64,000 nucleotides of DNA, taken from IMG/VR virus record IMGVR_UViG_3300025120_000020; one strand, written 5' to 3'. The DNA is from a virus. A model generated the notes under the pieces. It was given only the letters and a program-made list of their open reading frames with translations, ran no database searches and had not been told where the DNA came from. Both the position numbers and the translations under genes were made by a program. Shown here piece after piece: positions 26,595 through 36,081 of the stretch. Positions within the stretch are counted from its first letter, which is position 1, and every line of letters begins with the position of its first letter.

Positions 26595-27623
26595 CTAACA
26601 TGCATTCATATCGTTTGCAACCATTTTTCTCACCAAGCCTAAAAAATCTGTTTTTGGAGACCAACCCAACTCTCTTCTAGCTAAGTCAGAATCTCCCAAA
26701 AGCAACTCTACTTCAGCAGGGCGATAAAAAGCTGGACTAATCTGGACTAAGATCTTGTCTTCATGGTAATACTTCTCGTTAACACTATAGCCATCCCATC
26801 GACATTGATCTTTAGCAAATCCTGCAAAATTGAAAGCCTCCTCAACAAATTCTCTAATCGAGTGTGTTTCGTCTGAAGACAAGACATATTCTTTTGGATG
26901 CTCTTGGTTGAGCATCAACCAAACACCTTCAACAAAATCTTCAGCATCGCTCCAATCTCGCTTGGCATCTACATTACCTAACTCAAGAGGCATAAAATCG
27001 CCACTAGGGTATTCCTTTTGAATACGAGATACATTTTTGGTAATCTTACGAGTTACAAACTCTTCTCCGCGACGAGTTCCTTCATGGTTGAATAACCATC
27101 CTTGAATAGCAAACAAATGATAGGAATCTCTCCATACTTTTACCATGTGCCTCGCACTAGCCTTAGAAACACCATAAGGGCTTCTTGGTCGCAACGGATG
27201 AAGTTCTGACTGTGGAGAATGTAAAACGTCTCCAAACTCCTCTGAGGAGCCAGCGTTGTAATAACGGCATTTAGGACAATGCTTGCGAATTGCCTCAAGC
27301 TGATACATTACAGCCATAGCATTTGTGTTCATGTGGTTTGCTGGTTGGGTCCAACTAACCCCCACAAAAGAATTAGCCGCAAAATTAATAAAATAATCTG
27401 GCTTCTCTTTAGAGATAACCTCTTCTGTATTTACAGAATCAGTAACATCTAAGTCAATGAGTTTAAAGCGTGGATTATCTACCAGATGAGCAATATTGCT
27501 ATGATTTTTGACACTTAAACGCCGAACTCCAGCGATAATAGTGTGCTCAGTATTCTTCAGAAGATAGTCAGCCATGAAGCTGCCATCTTGACCTGTTACT
27601 CCTGTAATAATAACTTTTTTCAT
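26595..27623 (-). CDS. gmd: GDP-mannose 4,6-dehydratase
   Basis: ITGVTGQDGS, SSEEFG, PRSPYGVSK, FNHE..RRG..FVTRKI, LGNVDAKRDW, RPAEV..LLGD. Confidence 0.93.
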   Translation of the reverse strand: MKKVIITGVTGQDGSFMADYLLKNTEHTIIAGVRRLSVKNHSNIAHLVDNPRFKLIDLDVTDSVNTEEVISKEKPDYFINFAANSFVGVSWTQPANHMNTNAMAVMYQLEAIRKHCPKCRYYNAGSSEEFGDVLHSPQSELHPLRPRSPYGVSKASARHMVKVWRDSYHLFAIQGWLFNHEGTRRGEEFVTRKITKNVSRIQKEYPSGDFMPLELGNVDAKRDWSDAEDFVEGVWLMLNQEHPKEYVLSSDETHSIREFVEEAFNFAGFAKDQCRWDGYSVNEKYYHEDKILVQISPAFYRPAEVELLLGDSDLARRELGWSPKTDFLGLVRKMVANDMNAC

Positions 27624-28456
27624 CTATTTTTTATCCAATCAATTAAATTTTTAGTTGGCTCCCAGCCCAAAAGGTCTTTTGCTAAGACTGAATTACAAAG
27701 AGTATCTTGAGCTTCACCCATCCTATCGCCATGATAGTTAATTTTTTTTTCGCCATACATTTCCGAAACCTCCTTTACAGAGTGATTATCTCCTCTACCT
27801 AATTCAAATAAATTTCCAAAAGATTTTTCCTCAAAAATTAAAATCAAAGCATCGACAATATCATCTACATGAGTGAAATCTCTACGTTTTGATCCATCTC
27901 CATAAATATTAAATGCCATACCCTCTCTGTAAGCTTTGTCCCAAATACCAATTAAAGTTGCTGCTCCTTCCTCTAATTGATGAGGTCCGTATACATTATA
28001 AAACCTTGCGGTGCTTGCTTGTATATTAAATAGTTTTTGATAAAGTTCAACCGTTTCTTCAGACAAATCTTTTGTGAATGTGTATGGATTTTTAAATTTA
28101 CCTGAATGGTGAGAAGAACTCCCAGCAAAAATTAGTGGGATATTATTGGACCTACAATATTCGCAAACATTAAATGTTGCAATCACGTTGTTTTTTGCAT
28201 ATAAAACTGGATCTTTAAATGAGGGTTGGATTCTAGCTGAAGCAGCCAAGTGATAAACTATATCAACATCTTCCTCAATGTTTTCTAGGGGGTATTCTAA
28301 AATGTCAGCATTAATGTAATTAACACCAGAAATTTCATTTTCTTTTTTACCAGTAGAGTAATTATCTATGCTTACAACATCATGGCCATATTCCAATAAT
28401 CTTTTGCAAAGATTATAACCTACAAATCCCGCTCCTCCTGTAACTAATATTTTCAT
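27620..28456 (-). CDS. NAD-dependent nucleotide-sugar epimerase/dehydratase
   Basis: TGGAGFVG, HLAA, PYTFTK (YxxxK), RFYNVYGP, GDG...RDFTHVDD. Confidence 0.9.
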   Translation of the reverse strand: MKILVTGGAGFVGYNLCKRLLEYGHDVVSIDNYSTGKKENEISGVNYINADILEYPLENIEEDVDIVYHLAASARIQPSFKDPVLYAKNNVIATFNVCEYCRSNNIPLIFAGSSSHHSGKFKNPYTFTKDLSEETVELYQKLFNIQASTARFYNVYGPHQLEEGAATLIGIWDKAYREGMAFNIYGDGSKRRDFTHVDDIVDALILIFEEKSFGNLFELGRGDNHSVKEVSEMYGEKKINYHGDRMGEAQDTLCNSVLAKDLLGWEPTKNLIDWIKNR

Positions 28457-29622
28457 TTGTTTTTAGATTGAAAGTCTTGGATATCATCAATAATAATTAT
28501 TAAGTTACCCACTTTGTAATGACCAAGCAAATTATTGGAAGATATAGCTGAACTTAGATTTTTTATTAAGTTGAAATCTTTCTGATCAAAGTTTCTCCCG
28601 TCAACATAAACCGTTACCTGATGATAATTAAACTCTGTTATTTTTTTAATTCTGCTATCCAAATTAAATAATGTTTTGTCGCAGTTTTCTGAAACATAAC
28701 TTTTTACATTCTCAGAGCTACAATCTTGATAAATTACATCACAAACAGGCTCAAGATGATAAAGAAGAGTTGGATTGCAGTATTTACAAACAATAGCTAC
28801 GTCATATTTAGGGAAAATAATCGGACTCAAATATTGATCTAGTAAAACATCAGTCCCCCATTTTCTAAAGAAGTTTCTCTCATTTTTGTGGTTTGTTTTT
28901 TGCCACTCTGGAGAATCTACCCCTGTATCACCACCAGAGATTTTGTTAAACCTACTGCCTCTAGAGGTGAAATGATAAACTAATCCATCCCAAGTTTGAA
29001 TCAATTCATATCCATTAATAACAAACCTATAAAAAAGATCGGAATCTTCCCTGCTTTGAGGAGCGAACAATTCATCATGTCCACCTATGCTCAAAAAATC
29101 TTCTTTATACATGCACCAAGGAGCGAACATTCCATTAGTCGTTTCGGAATCAGGCTTTTTCTGGTAATCATTTTTACACCAATCCACAAACTTATCATAA
29201 TCAAAGTCTTTCACTTCTGAACCTAGATCAACTAAAACTTTTGATTGGTGATCTGGGTGAATGGGAGGCTCTAATCTAGTAGCGCAAACAACCTTCCTTT
29301 TATCTAAATGTTTTAATATTTGATAATCTAAGTCGGGAGCAGCAACCATATCAGCATGAAAAGCCATGATTATATCTGTTGGGGCCATAGCTATCCCCTT
29401 GTCGAACATACCAACAATACCGACTCTTTCTGGTCCAGAATTTTTATAACAATGAAGTCTTTCATCATCCAATGAATCTAACCATTCTGAAGTTCCATCT
29501 GAAGAAGCGTCATCCAAAATTAAAATATGGTGAGAACCCTCCAATTTCTTTAAAGAATTGTAACATATTTTTAAGAATTCTAAATTATTTCTAGCTGGGA
29601 TTACAAAAGTAATAGCTCTCAT
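28453..29622 (-). CDS. GT2-family glycosyltransferase
   Basis: FVIPARN, DDASSDGT, HADM, GGHDE.F...REDSD. Confidence 0.88.
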   Translation of the reverse strand: MRAITFVIPARNNLEFLKICYNSLKKLEGSHHILILDDASSDGTSEWLDSLDDERLHCYKNSGPERVGIVGMFDKGIAMAPTDIIMAFHADMVAAPDLDYQILKHLDKRKVVCATRLEPPIHPDHQSKVLVDLGSEVKDFDYDKFVDWCKNDYQKKPDSETTNGMFAPWCMYKEDFLSIGGHDELFAPQSREDSDLFYRFVINGYELIQTWDGLVYHFTSRGSRFNKISGGDTGVDSPEWQKTNHKNERNFFRKWGTDVLLDQYLSPIIFPKYDVAIVCKYCNPTLLYHLEPVCDVIYQDCSSENVKSYVSENCDKTLFNLDSRIKKITEFNYHQVTVYVDGRNFDQKDFNLIKNLSSAISSNNLLGHYKVGNLIIIIDDIQDFQSKNK

Positions 29623-29623
29623 A

Positions 29624-30265
29624 TTATTTTTTAAGGTTAATTAAGAAAAAGAAAACTCTACAATTATTAAGATCATTTGTAATGTCTGTCCCATACTGAT
29701 TTCTAGAATTCAACAATAATTCTTGTAAACCAAATCCTGATATTTTAGAGTCTGGAAAGTTTTTTGTTAGAATTTCTATCATCTCCTTTGAGTCGTATTC
29801 ATATAAGTGAGTTCCTCCATCATACTCCCAAGTAGGGGTTAATCTTCTTGGAGTAGTTATAATTATTGTTTTTTCCGTAACAAATTTTAAGGACTGTAAA
29901 TATTGATCTATTTTTTCTGGAGGAAGATGTTCAAATGTTTCTATCGAAGTGCATACATCAAATTCATTCTCTTCAAATTCATCTTTCAAATTGAAAATAT
30001 CGCAAGTTAAAAAATGAACATTATCTCTTCCGAACCTGCTCTGACTTTCTTTGATTGAATCTTCATCTATGTCAATCCCTGTAACAGACTTTGCGCCAAG
30101 AGAATAAAGGATCATAGCTCCATATCCTCTACCAGTAGCTGCATCTAAAACTTTCTGACCCTTCGTCCAATAGTCAGCTATCACATAACGATCAATCATG
30201 GTTGAGGTTGCAGGATTTTTGAGTCTGTTTATCTCTTCAAGAGTGTGATTATCTGTAGTTTTCAT
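29624..30265 (-). CDS. Class I SAM-dependent methyltransferase
   Basis: VLDAATGRGYG, GIDID, FDV..SIETFEH, ITTP. Confidence 0.88.
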   Translation of the reverse strand: MKTTDNHTLEEINRLKNPATSTMIDRYVIADYWTKGQKVLDAATGRGYGAMILYSLGAKSVTGIDIDEDSIKESQSRFGRDNVHFLTCDIFNLKDEFEENEFDVCTSIETFEHLPPEKIDQYLQSLKFVTEKTIIITTPRRLTPTWEYDGGTHLYEYDSKEMIEILTKNFPDSKISGFGLQELLLNSRNQYGTDITNDLNNCRVFFFLINLKK

Positions 30266-30954
30266 TAAATTAAATCTTCAAAATTTTTAAAAGTAACTTT
30301 ATATTTGTCAAGAAGAATCTTCAAAGTATTTTTGAAATGAGTGTAATTTGACAAGTCCCAAACATTTTTATTAAATTTGCCTGATATGTGCGACTGAAAG
30401 TAAATAAACTTATCATCTACAATGGACTGCTCCTTACTTGTGATGCAGGTATTGTTCGCAAACAGTTTACAGTCTTCTCTAAAGTGGATGTTTTTATTAG
30501 TTAACTCGTGGATTGCTAAATACTTGAATTTTTCTTGTGCTGCATAAAAAGACCCTTGAGTAGCATTCCATCCACACATCCTCCATCCTAATGGATGAAC
30601 ATCAACAGAATCCCATTCAATTAGACAATCATTCAATCTTTTCTGAGATTCATAATAATCTAAATCCAAGAATTCATTTTCTCTACAGTAATTAGGATTA
30701 GTATATGGCCTACAGTGAGTGTGGCCATGACCAGCAAATTCTATCCAATCTTGATCTTTCCAAAACTTAACCCAATCTTTATGTTTCGAAAGGGGGTATA
30801 ATCCTTGGTAATTAGAGGGCGTAAACAAAACGAATTTACATCCAAACTCCTCATTTAAAAGTTGAATATATTTAGTGCATTCGTCATTAGGTAATCCCCA
30901 ACCTTCTTCTGGATGAAGGTCGTCAATTGCTATTACTATATCTAAACTTTTCAT
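30265..30954 (-). CDS. Polysaccharide deacetylase-like (NodB/DUF2334-type) protein
   Basis: IAIDDLHP, EFAGHGHTH, E F, R..GW, QSH. Confidence 0.7.
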   Translation of the reverse strand: MKSLDIVIAIDDLHPEEGWGLPNDECTKYIQLLNEEFGCKFVLFTPSNYQGLYPLSKHKDWVKFWKDQDWIEFAGHGHTHCRPYTNPNYCRENEFLDLDYYESQKRLNDCLIEWDSVDVHPLGWRMCGWNATQGSFYAAQEKFKYLAIHELTNKNIHFREDCKLFANNTCITSKEQSIVDDKFIYFQSHISGKFNKNVWDLSNYTHFKNTLKILLDKYKVTFKNFEDLI

Positions 30955-31888
30955 AAAATCTTTTTAAAAATATTTCTTCTGAATATTCTTTTTTATACAA
31001 TTGTTTTGTTTCCTTTGAGCAATGATTGTAAAAATCACTATCACTAAATAATTTTTCCATTAGCTTACGAGCCTTTTCTAAATCTCCATCTTCTACAGAT
31101 AAACTTGGGTGTAGCTTTCTTTGAGTATCTAAATAAGAATACGCTATACATGGTATACCTAAGTAAGAACAATTTAAAGAAAAAGTTCCTGCGGCAAAGG
31201 TTCTCATCAAATGGATTGAATATTTTCTCTTTGATAATTCAAACATCCAATTAGACCAATTTGTATAATCAATATGAGTTAAATTTTTTATTTTTGTCTC
31301 ATCTTCTTTAAACCTACTTCCGCGACCCATAGTTGGTGCATATAATTCTTCGCTAAACTTCGATGCAATAGCAAAAGAGTCAATACCTCCATACCAACTT
31401 GAACAATTACCTCCCAACATAACTCCAGACCTTTTATTCTCTGGGTGCAAATCTTTAATTGCGTCTTCAATCATTAACGATTGAAAAGTTTTTATGGATT
31501 TATTTGGGAAAATTCCTTTGTAATATTTTACATCTGATTCATTATGAGTAAATATAACGTCAGCTTCTGCCAAGTTATTAAGGTAGTGTAGTTGATCGTT
31601 AATTGAGTAATCTTGGAAATACCAAAATGGTCCTTCCTGCATAACTATTATGATCTTGCAAAATTTTTTAATTTCAGAGATTTTAAAGATGGAAGGATTT
31701 TTTTTAGATAAAATAACTATCCCAATGTCATAATGTCCATAAAGAGAATTATATTTTTCAAAAGGTGGGTTAAAAACATGAGCATTTAAAGAACAGGCCC
31801 AAGCCAAATCTGTTCTAATATTTGGATGTTCTCTACTAACCATATATGGAGCTGTAGAGTCTCCCTCTTGGAAAAAAGCCACCTTCAT
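30923..31888 (-). CDS. Putative GT-B glycosyltransferase
   Basis: MQEGP.W, ADVIF.HN, AGTF.LNC.YLGIPCI, C-terminal Y...YSE helix; embedded in the glycan cluster. Confidence 0.6.
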   Translation of the reverse strand: MKVAFFQEGDSTAPYMVSREHPNIRTDLAWACSLNAHVFNPPFEKYNSLYGHYDIGIVILSKKNPSIFKISEIKKFCKIIIVMQEGPFWYFQDYSINDQLHYLNNLAEADVIFTHNESDVKYYKGIFPNKSIKTFQSLMIEDAIKDLHPENKRSGVMLGGNCSSWYGGIDSFAIASKFSEELYAPTMGRGSRFKEDETKIKNLTHIDYTNWSNWMFELSKRKYSIHLMRTFAAGTFSLNCSYLGIPCIAYSYLDTQRKLHPSLSVEDGDLEKARKLMEKLFSDSDFYNHCSKETKQLYKKEYSEEIFLKRFYEKFRYSNSN

Positions 31889-31889
31889 T

Positions 31890-32501
31890 TTAAATTGTAT
31901 CGTATAAATTATTTTGACGCTCTTGCTTTTTGATATCTTTTACATGAAGAATACAAAAATGCTCAATAGGTTCACTAGATAATTTAACTTGATTCTTCGC
32001 TCCCGCTAAGACCTCATGAACTTTATTCTGCCACTTAACATGACCTTTAGTGGAAACAAAACGAGATTGAAAATCAGGAAATCCCTCCCAACCCATTTTG
32101 TTTATTTCCCAGTTGTATTTTTTGATATGTTCTTCTGTCGCCCCACGAACGACATTGATCCTTGGAATCCAAAGCAGATCAATATCTCCTTTTTGCACTA
32201 CTGCCCTTAATGCATTCAATAATGAAGGTGGTATTTGTTCATCAGCATCAATCTGCATCAAATAGTCTTTTGTAGATAACTCAAATAAAGTATTTTTAAA
32301 AGCAGAAAAATCTTTCTGAAAGTCAAAGTAGTTTATTTTCAACCCGCAAAGCTTACAAAAATCTTCGATATCTTTAGTTACTTTGTTCTGATCTGCCAAG
32401 ATGACAATCTCCTCATCTGGTAAAACATATGGTTCAAGTGAATTAATTAATCTTTTAAATTCAAAAAACTCGTCTGCTACCGTTATCCCGTAAGTAATCA
32501 T
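31890..32501 (-). CDS. GT2-like glycosyltransferase
   Basis: ITYGITV..E, DFSAFKN, IDADE, PRIN, PDFQ.R, W..KVHE. Start placed at MITYG. Confidence 0.85.
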   Translation of the reverse strand: MITYGITVADEFFEFKRLINSLEPYVLPDEEIVILADQNKVTKDIEDFCKLCGLKINYFDFQKDFSAFKNTLFELSTKDYLMQIDADEQIPPSLLNALRAVVQKGDIDLLWIPRINVVRGATEEHIKKYNWEINKMGWEGFPDFQSRFVSTKGHVKWQNKVHEVLAGAKNQVKLSSEPIEHFCILHVKDIKKQERQNNLYDTI

Positions 32502-32540
32502 AAAAAAACTCCTTCTAGGTAAGCACAACCTAGAAGGAGC
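32502..32540 (-). terminator. Rho-independent terminator after hsp20
   Basis: 12-bp stem CTCCTTCTAGGT/ACCTAGAAGGAG followed by T7 on the minus strand. Confidence 0.8.
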
Positions 32541-32561
32541 GATATAAGTCACTTCAAAGTT

Positions 32562-32987
32562 TTACTTAACTTCAATCATTATGTCTTTTTTCTCCTCTTT
32601 TTCAAGAGGTATTTTAACTCTCAGTAGGCCATTTTTATATTCTGCCTGAATGGAGTCTTTATCAACGTTCTGGTGCAAGGTAAAGTGCTTCTTGACAGAT
32701 CGTCGAGATATTTTTCTATGGTAGAATTCAGCATCATCGTCTTTTTGCTGAGATCCCGCCTCAATCTTCAAGGTCTGTCCAGATACAGATACGGAAATAT
32801 CTTCCTGATCTAATCCGACTAATGCAAACTCAAGAATAAAATTACCATCCTTGTCTTTGTAAGCATCGTAAGGCTCTGAGCCTGAATACAGTGGAGCATT
32901 AGCTTCGTTAGCCAATAACTGCATACGTTTAAAGATATCTCCCTCGAAAACCAAGGGAGCCAACATTTTGTTTATCATCATTGTCAT
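32562..32987 (-). CDS. Small heat-shock protein (Hsp20/IbpA-like)
   Basis: PYD, EFALVG....DI.V....L.I, R.F.L, A.Y.NGLL.V..P. Start placed at MTMMIN. Confidence 0.92.
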   Translation of the reverse strand: MTMMINKMLAPLVFEGDIFKRMQLLANEANAPLYSGSEPYDAYKDKDGNFILEFALVGLDQEDISVSVSGQTLKIEAGSQQKDDDAEFYHRKISRRSVKKHFTLHQNVDKDSIQAEYKNGLLRVKIPLEKEEKKDIMIEVK

Positions 32988-33065
32988 ACTACTATTTTTA
33001 GTTAGTTTTGTTTTTCTAGCCCCATTTGGGTGCTGGAAATTCTCAGACAATAGAGATATACTAAA

Positions 33066-33167
33066 TCAATCCTCTTCTAATTGAGCTTCGTCAATACGAT
33101 CTAGTATAAATGCTATTGTTTCGTCGAGTTCTACCTCGTCTGTAAAATTAATTTCTGGTTCGGTCAT
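33066..33167 (-). CDS. Small acidic peptide, 33 aa
   Basis: Own translation MTEPEINFTDEVELDETIAFILDRIDEAQLEED; GTGTA motif 12 nt upstream. Confidence 0.55.
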   Translation of the reverse strand: MTEPEINFTDEVELDETIAFILDRIDEAQLEED

Positions 33168-33205
33168 AGTGCATGTATATACACAAAACCAAAACTTGGG
33201 GAATT

Positions 33206-34852
33206 CTACCCCTCACAAGACTTACATTCCATCATAGACCTTGCTAATTCTTGGCTAGGATTAGCACTTCTCTGGTAATAAAAGCCTTTAATGCCATTCT
33301 GCCATCCATAAATCAAAAGCTGATTAACCTCTTTGGCAGGAGCTTTTGGGGCGACCATGATATTCAGGGATTGTCCTTGGTCAATATACTTTTGCCTTTG
33401 GGCTGCTTGAATAACAATTTCTTTTTGGCTAATTTCTCCAAAAGTTTTAAATACTTCCTTCTCCTCATCAGACAAGAAAGATAAATGCTGCACTGACCCT
33501 CCTTTTCCTAAGATACCCATCCAAACATTATCATTGTCTTTACCCTTCTCGGCTAAGAGGGTTTTGAGGTAAGGATTCCTAAACGTGAATTTACCTTTAG
33601 CAAGATCTTTAGTAAAGTAATTGCCGTTGAGAGGTTCGATAGATGGAGAAACCTGACCCAAGATAAAGGAGCTACTTGTAGTTGGGGCGATAGCTAAGGT
33701 GGTAGTATTCCGACGACCGTAACCCTCACAATACATAGGCTCTCCTAAACCTAGCGACAATTCTTCTGTAGCTTCATCTGCCCGATTACGGATAATCTTC
33801 CAAATAGAGCTATTCTCCATTTTAGCCTCCATACTTTCAAAGCCAATCATCTTGCTTTGTAGGTAAGAATGCCAACCAAGAACCCCCATACCCAAAGCCC
33901 TATGACGCTTGGCGAAGTTGTGGGAGGACTCCATGAATGGAATATTAATTGTTTTCTGGATATATTCCTCCATTACTGCATCAAGAAATGCAACTAATGT
34001 TTCAATAGCGTCTGTCTTTACAATATCGTCCCATCTGACTAGATTTAAAGAAGATAAACAGCAAACGAAAGACTCGTCTTCTTTGGACGGCAAGCTAATC
34101 TCATTGCAAAGGTTTGAAGCATAAATCTTCATGTCTTTGTCTTTATAGCAGTCGGGGGCATTATTATTTGCTGTATCTTGGAAAAAAATATACGGATATC
34201 CAGTCTCAAAGCGCTTTCTAATTACAGAAGCCCAAAGCTGACGCTTTTCTGGATCGCCATCAATCATACTTTGCATCCAACCATCAGTCACAGTTACAGC
34301 GAAAGACATATCTTGGATTGCATTGCCCTCACTCTTAATACGAAGAAACTCTTTCACATCAGGATGCTCAATAGGTAGGTAAGCTGCAAAAGAACCACGA
34401 CGAACATTCCCTTGAGAAACAACAGCAGCAACCTTGTCGAACAGTTCCATAAAATGGACTGCCCCAGATGATTCACCACCAGAATTAATTGGTGCTCCAC
34501 GCTCGCGAAGATCACCAAAGTAAGCAGAAGTCCCTGACCCATGCTTAGTCTGCATTCCAACCTCAGACTGTTTAGCTAAAATACCATCCATTCTGTCGGG
34601 AACATAAACTCCATTACAAGATATAGGTAAACCTCGATCACGACCAAAATTAGACCAAACAGGGGAAGCTAAGGAATAAAATCCCTGCTTCATATAACCC
34701 TCAAACTTGTCAGCAAACCCGTCTATACCGAGATACGCTTCAGCAGTCTCTGCAATATCACGGATTCTACGCTCTGGAGTTTCGCCTTTCTTTAGATAGC
34801 CCCTCTCAAGAAATAACCTTGAGTCATCATTTAGCCAATAGTAATCTGTCAT
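33206..34852 (-). CDS. nrdA: Class I ribonucleotide reductase alpha subunit (no ATP cone)
   Basis: SPVWSN, ISC, QGNVRRG, SNLCNEI, LGMG, IAPTTSSS, DQGQS.N, YY, C-terminal CKSCEG. Confidence 0.95.
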   Translation of the reverse strand: MTDYYWLNDDSRLFLERGYLKKGETPERRIRDIAETAEAYLGIDGFADKFEGYMKQGFYSLASPVWSNFGRDRGLPISCNGVYVPDRMDGILAKQSEVGMQTKHGSGTSAYFGDLRERGAPINSGGESSGAVHFMELFDKVAAVVSQGNVRRGSFAAYLPIEHPDVKEFLRIKSEGNAIQDMSFAVTVTDGWMQSMIDGDPEKRQLWASVIRKRFETGYPYIFFQDTANNNAPDCYKDKDMKIYASNLCNEISLPSKEDESFVCCLSSLNLVRWDDIVKTDAIETLVAFLDAVMEEYIQKTINIPFMESSHNFAKRHRALGMGVLGWHSYLQSKMIGFESMEAKMENSSIWKIIRNRADEATEELSLGLGEPMYCEGYGRRNTTTLAIAPTTSSSFILGQVSPSIEPLNGNYFTKDLAKGKFTFRNPYLKTLLAEKGKDNDNVWMGILGKGGSVQHLSFLSDEEKEVFKTFGEISQKEIVIQAAQRQKYIDQGQSLNIMVAPKAPAKEVNQLLIYGWQNGIKGFYYQRSANPSQELARSMMECKSCEG

Positions 34853-35824
34853 TTAGAACAAGTCCTCTGCGTTGAACGTCTGCGAATTTTTTGAATACTC
34901 AACTGGTCGAGCATAAAAGAAGTCGGTGGCATTATTGCCAAGCAACTCCTCTTCAAACCAGATGGTATCTTTCAGCAGGTTTTTGTCAACATCAAAAGCT
35001 TGTTTGAAGCCAATTCTTTTTAGAGAATCATTTATCCTATTCTTAATGAATTCTTTTAGAACGACAGCGTTGAGTCCTTTCTCTCGGATTCCATTAATCA
35101 TCCAATCAACAATCTTACTCTCAGCATTGAATGCTTGTTGAGCCTCGTCGAGAATTCGCTGCTCTAATTCCTCGTCGAAAAGCTCAGGATGTTCTTCGCG
35201 AATAGTGTTAATGATCTTCATCCCAACAAGAGCGTGGACATTCTCTTCATTCCGTGTGTATTTGACCTGTTGATCAGTATCCTTCAGAACATTTTTATTT
35301 CGAGCAAACCAGTTTATTACATAAAATTGAGAAAACAAAGACACGTTCTCTACAAAGAGGGTGAATAGTATTAAAGCGTAAACATATTGCTTCTTGCTAT
35401 TCTTGTAAAATTTATGAGTATATTTCCTTAAATAATTTACCCGTCCTTCAATAAAGTCTAGCTTCAGATTCTCCTCAAATACATCTTCCAAACCCAAAAC
35501 CTCAAGCAACCTCTCGTAAGCATTATTGTGAATAACTTCAACGTTCGCCATAACAAATCCCAAGTCACTCAATGATGGGTGCGGCAAATTGTCTCCCAAC
35601 TTACTCCAGAACTTTTTGACAGCAACTTCGATCTGTCCGATGGCAGAAAGTGTTCTAACGATTATCTCTTTGTCCCTATCTCCAAGCACCACATTGAAGT
35701 CCTGAATATCGGAAGCGAAGCTGAATTCATTGTCAGTCCAGAACCCATTATGCATTGCCTCAATAAACTCTCCTGCCCACGGATAATGGTCAGGCTTTCT
35801 CGATATTTGTTCTTCAAAAATCAT
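34853..35824 (-). CDS. nrdB: Class I ribonucleotide reductase beta subunit
   Basis: FW...E, EVIHNNAY, ENVSLFSQF, EENVH, DFF..RP..Y. Confidence 0.95.
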   Translation of the reverse strand: MIFEEQISRKPDHYPWAGEFIEAMHNGFWTDNEFSFASDIQDFNVVLGDRDKEIIVRTLSAIGQIEVAVKKFWSKLGDNLPHPSLSDLGFVMANVEVIHNNAYERLLEVLGLEDVFEENLKLDFIEGRVNYLRKYTHKFYKNSKKQYVYALILFTLFVENVSLFSQFYVINWFARNKNVLKDTDQQVKYTRNEENVHALVGMKIINTIREEHPELFDEELEQRILDEAQQAFNAESKIVDWMINGIREKGLNAVVLKEFIKNRINDSLKRIGFKQAFDVDKNLLKDTIWFEEELLGNNATDFFYARPVEYSKNSQTFNAEDLF

Positions 35825-35845
35825 GTCTCATCTATTTACACGAAC

Positions 35846-35989
35846 GGGGTTAATGAGCAAGGAAAAAATGAAAAAATCTGGCGAAGCCATTCTATTAATG
35901 CGAACGTAGTGAGTATTAATAGAATACGAATCCTAACAACGAATCCTAACTGCACTGTAAAGGTTCGTATCCTTGCTACTTCGGCTCCA
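35846..35989. other. Highly structured intergenic element (candidate replication origin or structured RNA)
   Basis: Nested inverted repeats, a TG-GCGAAGC-CA mini-hairpin and a 12-nt direct repeat ACGAATCCTAAC x2, between divergent nrdB and sigma genes. Confidence 0.5.
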
Positions 35990-35997
35990 ATACGTCT

Positions 35998-36025
35998 ATT
36001 ATACTGAAAATAAAAAATCCGTCAA
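35998..36025 (-). promoter_or_regulatory. sigma70-like promoter TTGACG-N16-TATAAT firing into the structured element
   Basis: Near-consensus; the nearest gene start (nrdB) is about 170 nt downstream. Confidence 0.7.
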
Positions 36026-36081
36026 GAAAAAAATTTTACTTGACATTTATTGACTTAATGAGAGTATATCCATATTAAATT

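Noticed and set aside
33016-33036. CIRCE or ROSE element upstream of hsp20
   Set aside because: Only a weak imperfect hairpin; no TTAGCACTC-N9-GAGTGCTAA and no SD-pairing motif.
16898-35824. Inteins or introns in dnaE, dnaB, recA or nrdAB
   Set aside because: Proteins are of normal or short length with contiguous motifs and no splicing or homing-endonuclease signatures.
35846-35990. tRNA-Ala/tmRNA-like features (GGGG...CTCCA ends, GGTTCGTATCC T-loop look-alike)
   Set aside because: T-loop lacks the conserved A58, spacing to the 3' end is wrong, no D or anticodon arm or tag ORF, and the visible promoter is on the opposite strand.
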